DNA from: an uncultured bacterium
GTDB taxonomy: Bacteria; Patescibacteriota; Minisyncoccia; Phycocordibacterales; UBA9973
DNA length: 49,606 bases
Reading direction: 5' to 3'
NCBI GenBank assembly: GCA_903929735.1
Contig: CAIYVW010000043.1
Location: forward strand, 1 to 49,606
Shown here: piece by piece, positions 28,788-38,786 of the stretch
Layout of the letters: each line of letters starts with the position of its first letter
How positions within the stretch are numbered: position 1 is the first letter of the stretch
The notes under the pieces: model-generated
What the model was told of the DNA's origin: nothing
The model's input: only the letters and a program-made list of their open reading frames with translations
Databases searched by the model: none
Program-made: the position numbers and the translations under genes

Positions 28788-28829
28788 AAATAAGCTGTAA
28801 ATCTATTCTAGATTTACAGCTTATTTTTT
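28786..28829. terminator. Bidirectional terminator
   Basis: AAAAATAAGCTGTAAATCTA-TTC-TAGATTTACAGCTTATTTTT. Confidence 0.85.
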
Positions 28830-28836
28830 ATGATTT

Positions 28837-29763
28837 TTATTTATTCTTCTGTATCCATATATAGATATCTTCGACTGCCTTTACGGCATCTCCGACAGCT
28901 ATATTGTTTTGGTGATATTTACAGTTTGTACAGTCTCCAGCAGCCCAGATACCTTCATTTGAAGTGGCTTGAGTTGTCGGATCTACTATGACTTTATTAT
29001 TCTCATCAATAGAAACTATGTCTTTTACAAATTCAATATTAGGTGTTTGTCCAATTTCTACAAAAATACCGTTTGATTCTAATGTATGTTCTTCTCCTGT
29101 AATTTTATCTTTATAAGTTAAAGAATTAACAAATTGATCTCCATCTACTTTTAGAATTTCTGCATTTTTTATCGCTTTAAATTTTGGATTTTCTAATAAT
29201 TTTTTAATTGTAATTTCATCTGCTCTGAATTTTTCACTTCTATGAATTAAAGTTACACTTTTACAGTATGCTAGAAGTTGAGCTGCTGTTTCAAATGCTG
29301 CATTTCCTCCACCAATTACAAGCACATCTTGATCTCCATATAATGGTCCGTCGCAAGAGGCGCAATAAGTTATTCCTTTATGTTCATATTTATCTGCATT
29401 GATTGCCTCTAATTTTCGTCTACCACTACCTGTGGCTACTAATATAGTTTTAGAAGTAAATTCTTTACCTGTTTCTGATTTAATAGTAAAAATATTATCG
29501 TTTTTAGTTATGGATATTATCCTTTCTCCTTCTATTAGATCTAAATGTTCTCCTTTATAATATAAAACATGTTTTTTAAGACTAGAAACTAATTCCATCC
29601 CTGATATTTCAGGAGTTCCAATCCAATTATAAATAACTTCAGAAACCATTGACTGGCCACCAAATTCACTTGTGATAAGAGCTGTTTTTAGATGTTTACG
29701 AGCTCCATATATAGCAGCAGCTGAGCCTGCTGGTCCTCCTCCTAATATTATTAAATCATACAT
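28837..29763 (-). CDS. trxB: Thioredoxin reductase (TrxB/AhpF C-terminal-like)
   Basis: GGGPAG, CASCDG, VIGGGN, AAGD. Confidence 0.88.
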   Translation of the reverse strand: MYDLIILGGGPAGSAAAIYGARKHLKTALITSEFGGQSMVSEVIYNWIGTPEISGMELVSSLKKHVLYYKGEHLDLIEGERIISITKNDNIFTIKSETGKEFTSKTILVATGSGRRKLEAINADKYEHKGITYCASCDGPLYGDQDVLVIGGGNAAFETAAQLLAYCKSVTLIHRSEKFRADEITIKKLLENPKFKAIKNAEILKVDGDQFVNSLTYKDKITGEEHTLESNGIFVEIGQTPNIEFVKDIVSIDENNKVIVDPTTQATSNEGIWAAGDCTNCKYHQNNIAVGDAVKAVEDIYIWIQKNK

Positions 29764-29793
29764 AGTATCTATATTATACTAAATAAATTAAAA

Positions 29794-29920
29794 AACAAAA
29801 AAAATCCAAATAAGATTTTTCCAAAAGGTCCGGATAATTTTCTGCTGAAAATTTCCTTATAGCTCGGCCCGTCGGCCTTGTGCATGCCCTTTTGGTAAAA
29901 CTTATTTGGAATTTTTTGTT
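29794..29920 (-). repeat. Structured non-coding motif, copy after ftsZ, enclosed by long imperfect inverted arms
   Basis: Arms ..TCCAAATAAG..CCAAAAGG / CCTTTTGG..CTTATTTGGA..; core on minus strand CGACGG-GC-CGAGC...AAATTTTCAGCAGAAAATTAT. Confidence 0.65.
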
Positions 29921-29922
29921 CT

Positions 29923-31110
29923 TTACTTCTTATTTCTTCTTAAGAATGCTGGAACTGTACTCCAATCATCTGTATCGTCTATAAATAAATCGTCTTCTAT
30001 TTTTTCTACCTTATCAGCTTTTTTTAAATATTCTGATGAGTTATCTTTTATTTGTTCTTTATTTACAGTATGACTTATTTCTTCCTTAGGAGAAGAGGTG
30101 GCTATAGTTTCAGTGGTCTTTTGTTGAATTTGGAATAATGAACGTTTAGGCATATCAGTAGGGAATCCAGTAGCAATAACTGTTACTTTCATTTCTCCTT
30201 TCTTAAGCTTGTCGTCACTTATAGTTCCAAAAATAACTTTGGCTTCTTTGTCTATAGATTCAGTTATAACTTTTGCAGCTTCTTGTATTTCATGGATAGT
30301 AAGATCTTCACCTCCAGAGATAGCAAATAATACTCCTTTTGCTCCTGATATAGAAAGATCAAGGAGAGGAGAATTAATAGCTTGAAGGGCAGCTTTTTCA
30401 GCTCTACCTTCTCCTGCGGCTATTCCTACTCCCATTAATGCACTTCCTGCATCAGACATAACAGCTTTAATATCAGCAAAGTCTACATTTATCATTCCTG
30501 GTGTTGTAATAAGTTCTGAAATACCTTCAACTGCTTGTTTTAGGACTTCATCACAAAGACCAAATGCTTGTCTGAATCCTACATCTTTACCAGAGATAAC
30601 TATAAGTCTATCATTTGGAATTACTAGAATAGCATCTACTTCTTTTTCTAATTCAGAAAGTCCCATTTCTGCTAATTTCATTCTTTGATTACCTTCAAAA
30701 GAAAAAGGTTTAGTAACAACAGCAACAGTAAGAATACCTTGTTCTTTAGCAGCTTGGGCTACTATAGGAGCAGCTCCAGTACCTGTTCCACCTCCCATAC
30801 CACATGCTATAAATACCATATCAGCTCCTTTTATAACATCTTGTATTTCTGCTTTTGTTTCTTCGGCAGCTCTTCTTCCTATATCTGGATTCATACCAGC
30901 TCCTAGTCCTTTGGTAAGATTTTTACCAAGATGAACTTTTTTCTCAGCTAATGAGTTGTGTAAATCTTGAGTATCAGTATTCATAACAATGAATTCTACT
31001 CCTTTTACTTTTGAAGCTATCATATGATTCAGTGCATTTTTTCCTGAGCCACCAATTCCGATAACTTTAATTCTTGCAAATGATTCAATTTCTGGATTTA
31101 ATTTAGGCAT
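29923..31110 (-). CDS. ftsZ: Cell division protein FtsZ
   Basis: IKVIGIGG, GMGGGTGTGAAP, INVDFAD, C-terminal VPAFLRR. Confidence 0.98.
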   Translation of the reverse strand: MPKLNPEIESFARIKVIGIGGSGKNALNHMIASKVKGVEFIVMNTDTQDLHNSLAEKKVHLGKNLTKGLGAGMNPDIGRRAAEETKAEIQDVIKGADMVFIACGMGGGTGTGAAPIVAQAAKEQGILTVAVVTKPFSFEGNQRMKLAEMGLSELEKEVDAILVIPNDRLIVISGKDVGFRQAFGLCDEVLKQAVEGISELITTPGMINVDFADIKAVMSDAGSALMGVGIAAGEGRAEKAALQAINSPLLDLSISGAKGVLFAISGGEDLTIHEIQEAAKVITESIDKEAKVIFGTISDDKLKKGEMKVTVIATGFPTDMPKRSLFQIQQKTTETIATSSPKEEISHTVNKEQIKDNSSEYLKKADKVEKIEDDLFIDDTDDWSTVPAFLRRNKK

Positions 31111-31201
31111 ATATGTATAGCGTCCATTCGCGTCTTTTAGACGAAAAAGAGGATACGCTTGTTAATAATAATTTACGCTATATATAATACCAGAAATTCA
31201 T

Positions 31202-31232
31202 AAAAAGGAAACATTTGACAAATGCTTCCTTT
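31202..31232 (-). terminator. Probable terminator between ftsA and ftsZ
   Basis: AAAGGAAACATTTG/CAAATGCTTCCTTT with T run on the minus strand. Confidence 0.55.
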
Positions 31233-31250
31233 ATTCTCTAATTATATTAA

Positions 31251-32423
31251 TTATGGTAAGAGTTGAGATAAAATAGATTTGAAAAATCCTTTTACTTGTT
31301 TTACATTATCACCTATGGGATTTAAAGTATTATTATTTGATCCTTGGTTGAAATTTAATGCTAAACCGAAAGCTGTATACCAAGAAGAATCTTTAATTTT
31401 TAATTTACCATTGATTGTTGTATCTGTTGGTCCTACTTTAGCAGGAAGGTTCAATTGTTTTTTAGCTATTTCATCTATTCTAGTTATGTGAGCACCTCCT
31501 CCAGTTATTATAACGCCTGCTGGAAGCAGTTCACTACGTTTCATTCTCTTTAAGTGATTTTCAACAAGTTCAAAAATATCACCTAGTCTTGCTTCTATTA
31601 TTTCATCTACTTTTTTTCTTGGGTAATCGCCACTTAAGACACTACCAAGTTTTACACTTTCTGCTTCTTCTAATGCTATTTTGAATCCTAAAGCTACGTC
31701 TTTTGTTATATCCATACTACCTATAGAAAATACTTGTAAAGATACGAGAAGATTATTTTCAAATACAGATAATGATACTGTTTCAGCTCCTATATCTATT
31801 AATGCGCAGCCTGCTGTTTTTTGTTTAGTATTAAGTAGAATAGTAGAAAGAGCAACAGGTGAAGCAATAACATCTGTGACTTCTATATTTGCAAGTCCTA
31901 GAGCTGTTATTAAATCTTCAATATTTTGCTTAAGGCAAGTAATGAATAAAGTTTTTACTTCTAACTTGATGCCATGCATACCAAGAGGTCGTGTATGTAT
32001 ATCTTTACCATCCAGTTTATATTGAACAGGAATTATATGTATTATTTTTTTGTTTACTATTTCAAGATTTTCTTCACTAGAAGCTAATGCTTTAGAAATA
32101 TCTAGCTCTGTAATTTCTTGATCTGCTCTAGAAATAATTACTGACCCAGTAGATACTGATGATCCTAAGCTTATACCTCCGATAGAAACACAAGCTTTTT
32201 TTATTTTTGAATCTAATGTGCTTTCTGCTTGCTTTACTGCCTTTTTAATACTTTCTGCTATTTGGTCTATATTAGTAATGTAACCTAATCTCATTCCATT
32301 TGTTTCAGATGAACCAGTTGCAAGTAGACAAGGTGAATTTGTCTCCTTGTTGTACCCAGTCACTACTACCTTAGTAGTATTGGTTCCTATATCTATACCA
32401 ACATTGAAATTATTTTTAGTCAT
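31251..32423 (-). CDS. ftsA: Cell division protein FtsA
   Basis: GIDIGT, LIDIGAET, ITKDVA, ITGGGA; upstream of ftsZ. Confidence 0.95.
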   Translation of the reverse strand: MTKNNFNVGIDIGTNTTKVVVTGYNKETNSPCLLATGSSETNGMRLGYITNIDQIAESIKKAVKQAESTLDSKIKKACVSIGGISLGSSVSTGSVIISRADQEITELDISKALASSEENLEIVNKKIIHIIPVQYKLDGKDIHTRPLGMHGIKLEVKTLFITCLKQNIEDLITALGLANIEVTDVIASPVALSTILLNTKQKTAGCALIDIGAETVSLSVFENNLLVSLQVFSIGSMDITKDVALGFKIALEEAESVKLGSVLSGDYPRKKVDEIIEARLGDIFELVENHLKRMKRSELLPAGVIITGGGAHITRIDEIAKKQLNLPAKVGPTDTTINGKLKIKDSSWYTAFGLALNFNQGSNNNTLNPIGDNVKQVKGFFKSILSQLLP

Positions 32424-32434
32424 TATTTAAGTTA

Positions 32435-32821
32435 CTAAGGAAACATTTTTAGGAATTTTATTTCTTGTCTGTCCATTATAGCACTATGATCTAATCCTTT
32501 CAAATGTAAACATCCGTGGACAAACAAATATTTTAAAAATTTAGAATAACTCATTTTAAAGAGAGGTGCGTCTTTTTTGACTTTAGATAAATCAAAAGTA
32601 ATATCACCAGATTTAGAAGTCAAAGGGAAAGATAATATGTTGGTTGTTTTATTCATGCCACGATATGTAAGGTTTATTTCTTTTTGTTTACGAGGGGATA
32701 GAAAGCTTACTCCAAGTTCGTAATCTTCTCCTAAGATAGCATTTTTTATATAGACAAAAGGCAAGCGTGGTGGCTTGCCTTTTGTTTTGTTTATAATTGT
32801 ACAGAATTCTGTTTCTGTCAT
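32435..32821 (-). CDS. ybeY: rRNA maturation RNase YbeY
   Basis: TNILSFP, HGCLHLKGLDH. Confidence 0.92.
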   Translation of the reverse strand: MTETEFCTIINKTKGKPPRLPFVYIKNAILGEDYELGVSFLSPRKQKEINLTYRGMNKTTNILSFPLTSKSGDITFDLSKVKKDAPLFKMSYSKFLKYLFVHGCLHLKGLDHSAIMDRQEIKFLKMFP

Positions 32822-32832
32822 AATTTAATTAA

Positions 32833-33081
32833 TTAACGATGTCCACGTTTTGTCTGTATAGGAGCTTTACCTAGTTTTTGAAGCTTCTCTTGTACTTTTT
32901 TACGGTTAATTCTTTTAAGAGTAGCTATCTTTACTTTTACTTTTGATTCAGCTCTTTCGTTATAACGTTTACTTTTGACCTTTTGGATAATTCCAGATTC
33001 TAAAACCTTACGGCTGAATCTTCGAACGAGATTCATATTGCTCTCGTTTGTATTCTTTTTTACTTCAATTACAGTAATCAT
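32833..33081 (-). CDS. rpsU: 30S ribosomal protein S21
   Basis: IEVKKNTNES..LVRRFSRKVLESG; ATG 33081 preferred because the track's GTG start lies in a TGC-TAATAT promoter motif. Confidence 0.75.
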   Translation of the reverse strand: MITVIEVKKNTNESNMNLVRRFSRKVLESGIIQKVKSKRYNERAESKVKVKIATLKRINRKKVQEKLQKLGKAPIQTKRGHR

Positions 33082-33145
33082 ATATGCGGATAATATTAGC
33101 ACATCTTTTAATTACAAGCAAGATAATGTTAATAGAGTTTTTATT

Positions 33146-35113
33146 CTATAGTAAATCCTCAGGGTCGACATTTATAGAAAAGGCTGGAGAGAGATGACGT
33201 AGACACTCTAGTAAATGTTCATTAATTTTTCTATTTTCAGTAGTTAATATAGGCCAAGATGATGGGTTAATTTTTATTACAGTATTTGTAATATATTGTC
33301 CTTTTATTTTACCCACAAATGCGCTAAATATTTGTGGTTCATATTCTCCTAATAGTTTGTCTATAAAAGCTCTGGCCTTTTCTGTTTCTGAAGCTGACCC
33401 AGTAAATGTAATTTTTATAAGTCTTTTAAAAGGAGGATATCCGAATTGTTTTCTTTCCTTAAGATCTTCTCTGTATAATGGTAAAACATTACCAGCTAGT
33501 ATATGTTCTAAGATAGGATTTTCTGGAATACGAGTTTGTATAATTAAATTACGTTTTGTAATTTCATGTAATTTTTCTATTATGTGTAAAATTTTTTGTG
33601 TTATGTTAAAGCTTGGAATTGATAATAATCCATCTAAAGATATGATTGCACTATGGATAACTTCTTTATTAATATAAGAAAATATCATTTCTGTTCCTAT
33701 AAGGATACTTCCAGGATTCTTGTAGAATTCTATCATGGCTTCTCTGGCTTCTTTGTCAGAAGAAACTGTTTCTTTATCAATTTGAATTATTTTGGCATTG
33801 GGATAAAGTTTCCTAGTTTCTTCATAAACTCTGTCAGTTCCTATGCCTAGTGGAGTTAGATTCCAACTCTGACATTCTACACACCTTACTTCAGTTGTTT
33901 CTTTTCTTCCACATTTATTACACATGAATATTCTTGAATTAACAATTTTAGTAGCATTTCTCTGTTTTGATCCATATAGCACTACAGGAGTTGAACATGT
34001 AGGACAAAGAAGAGTATTTCCACAGTCATGACATACAGTTACTCCAGCTAAGCCTTTACGAATAGTGAATAGAACTACAGACTCATTATTTGTAAGGGCA
34101 TAGTTTATCATATTCTGTGTTGTGTCTGATAAAACAGTGAATTTTTTGGCTCCATTGGAATCTAGTTGTTCTTTCATGTCTACAATTATTTGTCTTTCAG
34201 CTTGAGGTAAACGGAAAAGAGGGGAAGCGACTTCTCCAAGTTCTCCTTCATCATGTCTGTGAAGAGTATCTGGTCTTAATAATGTATCACCGAAGATTAA
34301 TTTAGTTTTATTTATAGAAGATAATATTTCGGCAAATGTACGTATATCTATATAAGGTCTATTAAATTGTTTATATGCATCAGAATTCTCATTTTCTATA
34401 ATAATAGTTTTAATATCGCTCCTGGGGATAGATAGGAATTTACCTGTTCCTATGATAAGAATTGGGTGAGCTTCATTTAGGCATGAATTATAGGTATTTA
34501 TTAATGTTTTCTTACTTAAATCTCCATGAAAAGAGAAAACATATTGACTGATACCTTTAGTGAATTCGATTTTTAGTTGTTCAATATCAAACCTTGTGGG
34601 TACACAAATAAATACTGATTGCTTTTTGGCAAAAGCTTCTCTAACTAAAGTTCTATACCAGCTTATGCGGTCTGGAGTCAGAGCTTGGAATATTAACTTT
34701 TCTTGCTTTACATTTTCTGATTCTACTTCTTGTTCTTTGTTTATGATTTCATCTTTTCTATTTTTACTTAGCTCTTTTAAATTTTCTAGAAAAGTTGAAG
34801 GTAGTAGAGTTTTTATTATGGTGCCTGTATTACTAACTGTATAATCCTTCATTATTTCACAAGCTCTGAAAAAATTCGAAGAAAAAGGAGATGTTCCTTT
34901 AATTGAAATTATTTTCTTTAATTGAAAATTAGCCTTTTTAATATCAGACTTCAAATCTCGAACATTGTCTATGTTTATGACAATAGCATCAACATTTTTA
35001 GACCTAATAGGAATCACAACTATGTTACCAAGTTCAATTTTTGTGGGAGAAAAATAAGTAAGATTCTCTTTTTGAAATCCTTTTTGTATCGGAATTACGG
35101 TAACTATATACAT
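33146..35113 (-). CDS. priA: Primosomal protein N' (PriA) with degenerate helicase motifs
   Basis: Four CxxC pairs (CHDC, CPTC, CNKC, CVEC), GIGTDRV, ERKQFGYPPF, VDPEDLL. Confidence 0.88.
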   Translation of the reverse strand: MYIVTVIPIQKGFQKENLTYFSPTKIELGNIVVIPIRSKNVDAIVINIDNVRDLKSDIKKANFQLKKIISIKGTSPFSSNFFRACEIMKDYTVSNTGTIIKTLLPSTFLENLKELSKNRKDEIINKEQEVESENVKQEKLIFQALTPDRISWYRTLVREAFAKKQSVFICVPTRFDIEQLKIEFTKGISQYVFSFHGDLSKKTLINTYNSCLNEAHPILIIGTGKFLSIPRSDIKTIIIENENSDAYKQFNRPYIDIRTFAEILSSINKTKLIFGDTLLRPDTLHRHDEGELGEVASPLFRLPQAERQIIVDMKEQLDSNGAKKFTVLSDTTQNMINYALTNNESVVLFTIRKGLAGVTVCHDCGNTLLCPTCSTPVVLYGSKQRNATKIVNSRIFMCNKCGRKETTEVRCVECQSWNLTPLGIGTDRVYEETRKLYPNAKIIQIDKETVSSDKEAREAMIEFYKNPGSILIGTEMIFSYINKEVIHSAIISLDGLLSIPSFNITQKILHIIEKLHEITKRNLIIQTRIPENPILEHILAGNVLPLYREDLKERKQFGYPPFKRLIKITFTGSASETEKARAFIDKLLGEYEPQIFSAFVGKIKGQYITNTVIKINPSSWPILTTENRKINEHLLECLRHLSPAFSINVDPEDLL

Positions 35114-35206
35114 AACTACATGTTATCATAAAATCAAGCTTTTGAAGCATAATATATAAATTTATTTTTTAATTCATTTTGTGATATAGTGAATGCATTA
35201 AATTAT

Positions 35207-36220
35207 ATGGCAATTTTTTCTAAAAAATTAGGTATAGACTTAGGCACAGCAAATACTCTTGTATACTTACCTAATAAGGGTGTTGTTTTGAATGAACCCT
35301 CTGTTGTGGCTGTTTCAGAGCAGGATAATACTATATTAGCTATCGGACTTGAAGCTAAAGATATGATAGGGAAAACACCAGAAAGTATAATAGTCTATCG
35401 TCCTATGAAAGATGGAGTTATAGCTGATTATAGAGTCACAGAAGCTATGCTTCGTTACTTTATTACTAAAACTTTAGGTAAATATAATTTTTTTAAACCA
35501 GATGTTATGGTGTCTGTTCCTGCAGGTATAACTTCTACAGAAAGACGAGCTGTAGTAGAAGCAGCTGTAAAAGCAGGAGCTAAAAATGCTTATGTTGTTA
35601 AAGAGCCTATTTTGGCTGCTATAGGAGCTGGAATTCCTATACATGAATCAAAAGGACATATGATTATGGATATAGGAGGAGGAACAACTGATGTTGCTGT
35701 TATAGCTCTTGGAGGTATTGTAGCTTCAACCTCAGTTAAATGTGCTGGAGATAAAATTGATTTGGCAATTGCAGATTATATTAAGAAAACTTTTAATTTA
35801 GCTATAGGAGATAGAACAGCTGAAGCTATAAAAATTAAAATAGGAGCTGCTATTCCTCTAGAAGAAGAAATAACTATTACGATTAAAGGAAGAGATTTCA
35901 TACAAGGATTACCTAGAACAGCTCAAATTTCCACAAATGAAATTGTGAGAGCGATAGATAAAGAATTAAGAGTTATGATTAGTGCTATTAAAGAAGTTTT
36001 ATCTCAGACACCTCCAGAACTTGCTGCAGATATAATAGATGATGGTATAATAATGACTGGAGGAACTTCACAGCTTAGAAATTTAGCAGATTTAGTTTAC
36101 AGACGTACTGGAGTGAAAGCGAGAGTTGCAGATGATCCACTGCTTTGTGTAGTGAAAGGAACAGGAGAAGCATTAAACCATTTGGAAACTTATAAGAAAA
36201 CTATTTTAAGTAAGAGATAA
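35207..36220 (+). CDS. mreB: Rod shape-determining protein MreB
   Basis: GIDLGTANT, EPSVVA, DIGGGTT; ATG 35207 preferred over GTG 35189. Confidence 0.96.
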   Translation: MAIFSKKLGIDLGTANTLVYLPNKGVVLNEPSVVAVSEQDNTILAIGLEAKDMIGKTPESIIVYRPMKDGVIADYRVTEAMLRYFITKTLGKYNFFKPDVMVSVPAGITSTERRAVVEAAVKAGAKNAYVVKEPILAAIGAGIPIHESKGHMIMDIGGGTTDVAVIALGGIVASTSVKCAGDKIDLAIADYIKKTFNLAIGDRTAEAIKIKIGAAIPLEEEITITIKGRDFIQGLPRTAQISTNEIVRAIDKELRVMISAIKEVLSQTPPELAADIIDDGIIMTGGTSQLRNLADLVYRRTGVKARVADDPLLCVVKGTGEALNHLETYKKTILSKR

Positions 36221-36222
36221 TT

Positions 36223-37344
36223 ATGAAATTTAAAAAAAATAAAAGAGTCATAAAAATAATATTAATTACCGCTCTGTTTGGTTTTGCTGGTGTTGGATTA
36301 ATTTTTTCTGGAGTTTTTGTTGCAATGAGATTACATCTTACAGATGTAAAAGGTAGTATAGATTCTAGAAATGAATTTTTCAATAAGATAAAAAAAGAGG
36401 AAGCTCGCTTTCCTACTATTAAAAGAGCTCAAGCTGCGACATCTTTTAATAAATTAAATCCAGAAATAGAATGTAAAATAATGACTGTCCTATCTGTCCT
36501 ACCTGCTAATGGTCAAAAAATTCTAGATACATATATGACTACTAAGTCAGAAGTGGTAGCAGATCGCATGATTAATGCTATTGTTCTGGTTACTGAAAAT
36601 AATAATACTTTCTTAAAAGATAAAATTGATAAATGTGTAGGGGTTATTGATACACCTTCTGTCTATGGAGATAATCCTTCTAGCCAAAGTATATTCAGTT
36701 GGATGACTTCTCCTGAATGGCAAACTCTAAGTGATGCTTTAGTGAAAGATAAGGATGTTATAAACCAAGCAAGTCATGATTCTGGAGTTCCAGCTAGAAT
36801 GATTGTTTCCACTGTAATATCAGAACAATTTAGGTTTTTTACTGCTAATCGTGAAGCTTTTAAAAAGTACCTAGAACCTTTAAAGGTCCTAGGTAATGGA
36901 ACAAAGTTTTCTTATGGAGTAGCTGGAGTTAAAATTGAGACAGCAAAAGTTATAGAGTCTAATCTTAAAGACAAAACTAGTCCTTTCTATCTAGGTGCTG
37001 ATTTTGAAGATATATTAAATTATGGAGATAGAGATCCTAGTACTGAACTTATGTCTAGGCTAACTGACAATACTAACCATTATTATTCATATTTGTATAC
37101 AGCTCTTTTCTTGAAACAAATAATGCATCAATGGGAAACAGCAGGATTTCCTATTAATGATCGTCCTGAAGTTTTGGGTACTTTATTTAATATTGGTTTT
37201 AATAAATCTGAACCGAAAGCAAATCCAGATGTAGGTGGTTCTACTATAACAATAGAACAAAGAGACTATACTTTTGGAGACCTTTCTTATGAATTTTATT
37301 ATTCAGGAGAGCTTTCTGAATACTTCCCATTAGGAGTACAATAA
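36223..37344 (+). CDS. Membrane-anchored protein with possible lysozyme/SLT-like domain
   Basis: N-terminal TM; VINQASHDSGVPARMIVSTVISEQ...SYGVAG pattern. Confidence 0.6.
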   Translation: MKFKKNKRVIKIILITALFGFAGVGLIFSGVFVAMRLHLTDVKGSIDSRNEFFNKIKKEEARFPTIKRAQAATSFNKLNPEIECKIMTVLSVLPANGQKILDTYMTTKSEVVADRMINAIVLVTENNNTFLKDKIDKCVGVIDTPSVYGDNPSSQSIFSWMTSPEWQTLSDALVKDKDVINQASHDSGVPARMIVSTVISEQFRFFTANREAFKKYLEPLKVLGNGTKFSYGVAGVKIETAKVIESNLKDKTSPFYLGADFEDILNYGDRDPSTELMSRLTDNTNHYYSYLYTALFLKQIMHQWETAGFPINDRPEVLGTLFNIGFNKSEPKANPDVGGSTITIEQRDYTFGDLSYEFYYSGELSEYFPLGVQ

Positions 37345-37348
37345 AGAT

Positions 37349-38047
37349 ATGAATAATTTTAGCCAATTATTTCCTGAAAATTTATATCATAGTTATATAA
37401 TAGAAGGTAATCCAGAAAATATAGTTTATATTTTACGTGACTATTTAGAAAATAGAGGGGAGATAAATAAAAATAGCGTAGATTTACTTCTTAATCTTTA
37501 CGATTCTTTTACTGTTTCTGATAGTAAAGAGATAAAAGAATGGCATAATAATAAACCAACAGAAGGGAATAAAAAGATTTGTATTATAGGGACTAAATTT
37601 ATAAATAAAGATGCAGAACAAACACTTCTTAAAATAATCGAAGAACCAAATCCTTATACGCATTTCTTTATTGTGGTTCCTGATTCGTCACTTTTATTAA
37701 GTACAATTTTATCAAGAGTTCAATTGATTGATAATTTAAAAATTGGTAATGGAATAGATGATAATGAAGCTGAAGATTTCTTTAAAGCCAATCTTAGTAT
37801 AAGGATAGAAAAAGTAGCTCAGATTATAAAAAAATTTAAAGATAATGAGAACAGTGGAGGATTAAGACATGAAGCGATAATGCTTATAAATGGAATAGAG
37901 AAAATAGTTTATTTAAAATGGAAAAAAGATTTAGACAATAAGGACTTGAAATTTATTTTAGAAGAATTAAAAAAAAGTCGAGAATATCTAAGTATTCCTG
38001 GTGCGTCTGTGAAGATGATTTTAGAACATATAGCACTTATGATATAA
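37349..38047 (+). CDS. DNA polymerase III delta-prime-like protein (truncated)
   Basis: HSYIIEG, AEQTLLKIIEEP, LLSTILSR; lacks Walker A and Zn module. Confidence 0.8.
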   Translation: MNNFSQLFPENLYHSYIIEGNPENIVYILRDYLENRGEINKNSVDLLLNLYDSFTVSDSKEIKEWHNNKPTEGNKKICIIGTKFINKDAEQTLLKIIEEPNPYTHFFIVVPDSSLLLSTILSRVQLIDNLKIGNGIDDNEAEDFFKANLSIRIEKVAQIIKKFKDNENSGGLRHEAIMLINGIEKIVYLKWKKDLDNKDLKFILEELKKSREYLSIPGASVKMILEHIALMI

Positions 38048-38081
38048 TATAAGTAATTAAGAATAATTAGAAATCAAATTT

Positions 38082-38618
38082 ATGGCATACAATACAACAA
38101 ATTTTAAGGCAGAATTAAAAAAGATAGAAGAATGGCTAAGTAAGGAATATGGTTCAGTTCATACAGGTAGAGCGACACCTATGATACTCGATTCTATAAA
38201 TGTAGAGAGTTATGGATCATATATGCCTATTAAGAACATTGCTAGTGTATCTATCGAAGACCCAAAAACCTTGAGGATAGCTCCTTGGGATAAGAGTCAA
38301 ATAAAAGCTATTGAAGGTGCAATTAGCGCTGCGAATCTCGGACTTTCGGTTTTATCAGATAGTGATGGAGTTAGAGCAATATTCCCAATGCTTACAACAG
38401 AAAATAGATCAAAACTGGTAAAGATATTGAAAGAAAAGCTTGAAGATGCTCGTATAAGTGTTCGTAAGGAAAGACAATCTGAAATAGATAAAACTACAGA
38501 TTTACCAGAAGATGATGCTAAAAATGCAAAAGATGATATTCAGAAATGTGTTAATGAGGTAAATGCAAACCTAGAAGCGATTTTTGCTAAAAAAGAGACG
38601 GATTTAATGACAAATTAA
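38082..38618 (+). CDS. frr: Ribosome recycling factor
   Basis: TGRATP, IAPWDK, LTTENR..ARISVR. Confidence 0.96.
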   Translation: MAYNTTNFKAELKKIEEWLSKEYGSVHTGRATPMILDSINVESYGSYMPIKNIASVSIEDPKTLRIAPWDKSQIKAIEGAISAANLGLSVLSDSDGVRAIFPMLTTENRSKLVKILKEKLEDARISVRKERQSEIDKTTDLPEDDAKNAKDDIQKCVNEVNANLEAIFAKKETDLMTN

Positions 38619-38654
38619 ATAAGTTCTCTAGTTGTTTCTATTGTGAATGAATAC

Positions 38655-38686
38655 AAAAAACAGCATGGTTCACCCAGCTGTTTTTT
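38655..38686 (+). terminator. Intrinsic terminator
   Basis: AAAAAACAGC...GCTGTTTTTT. Confidence 0.7.
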
Positions 38687-38786
38687 ATTTTATTAGTTTA
38701 GTTGACAAAATATAGAATAGTTGTAATATAAAGAAAAATTTATGAATATAAACCGAGCTTGAAATAGCTCTTTAAAATTTAAAAAC

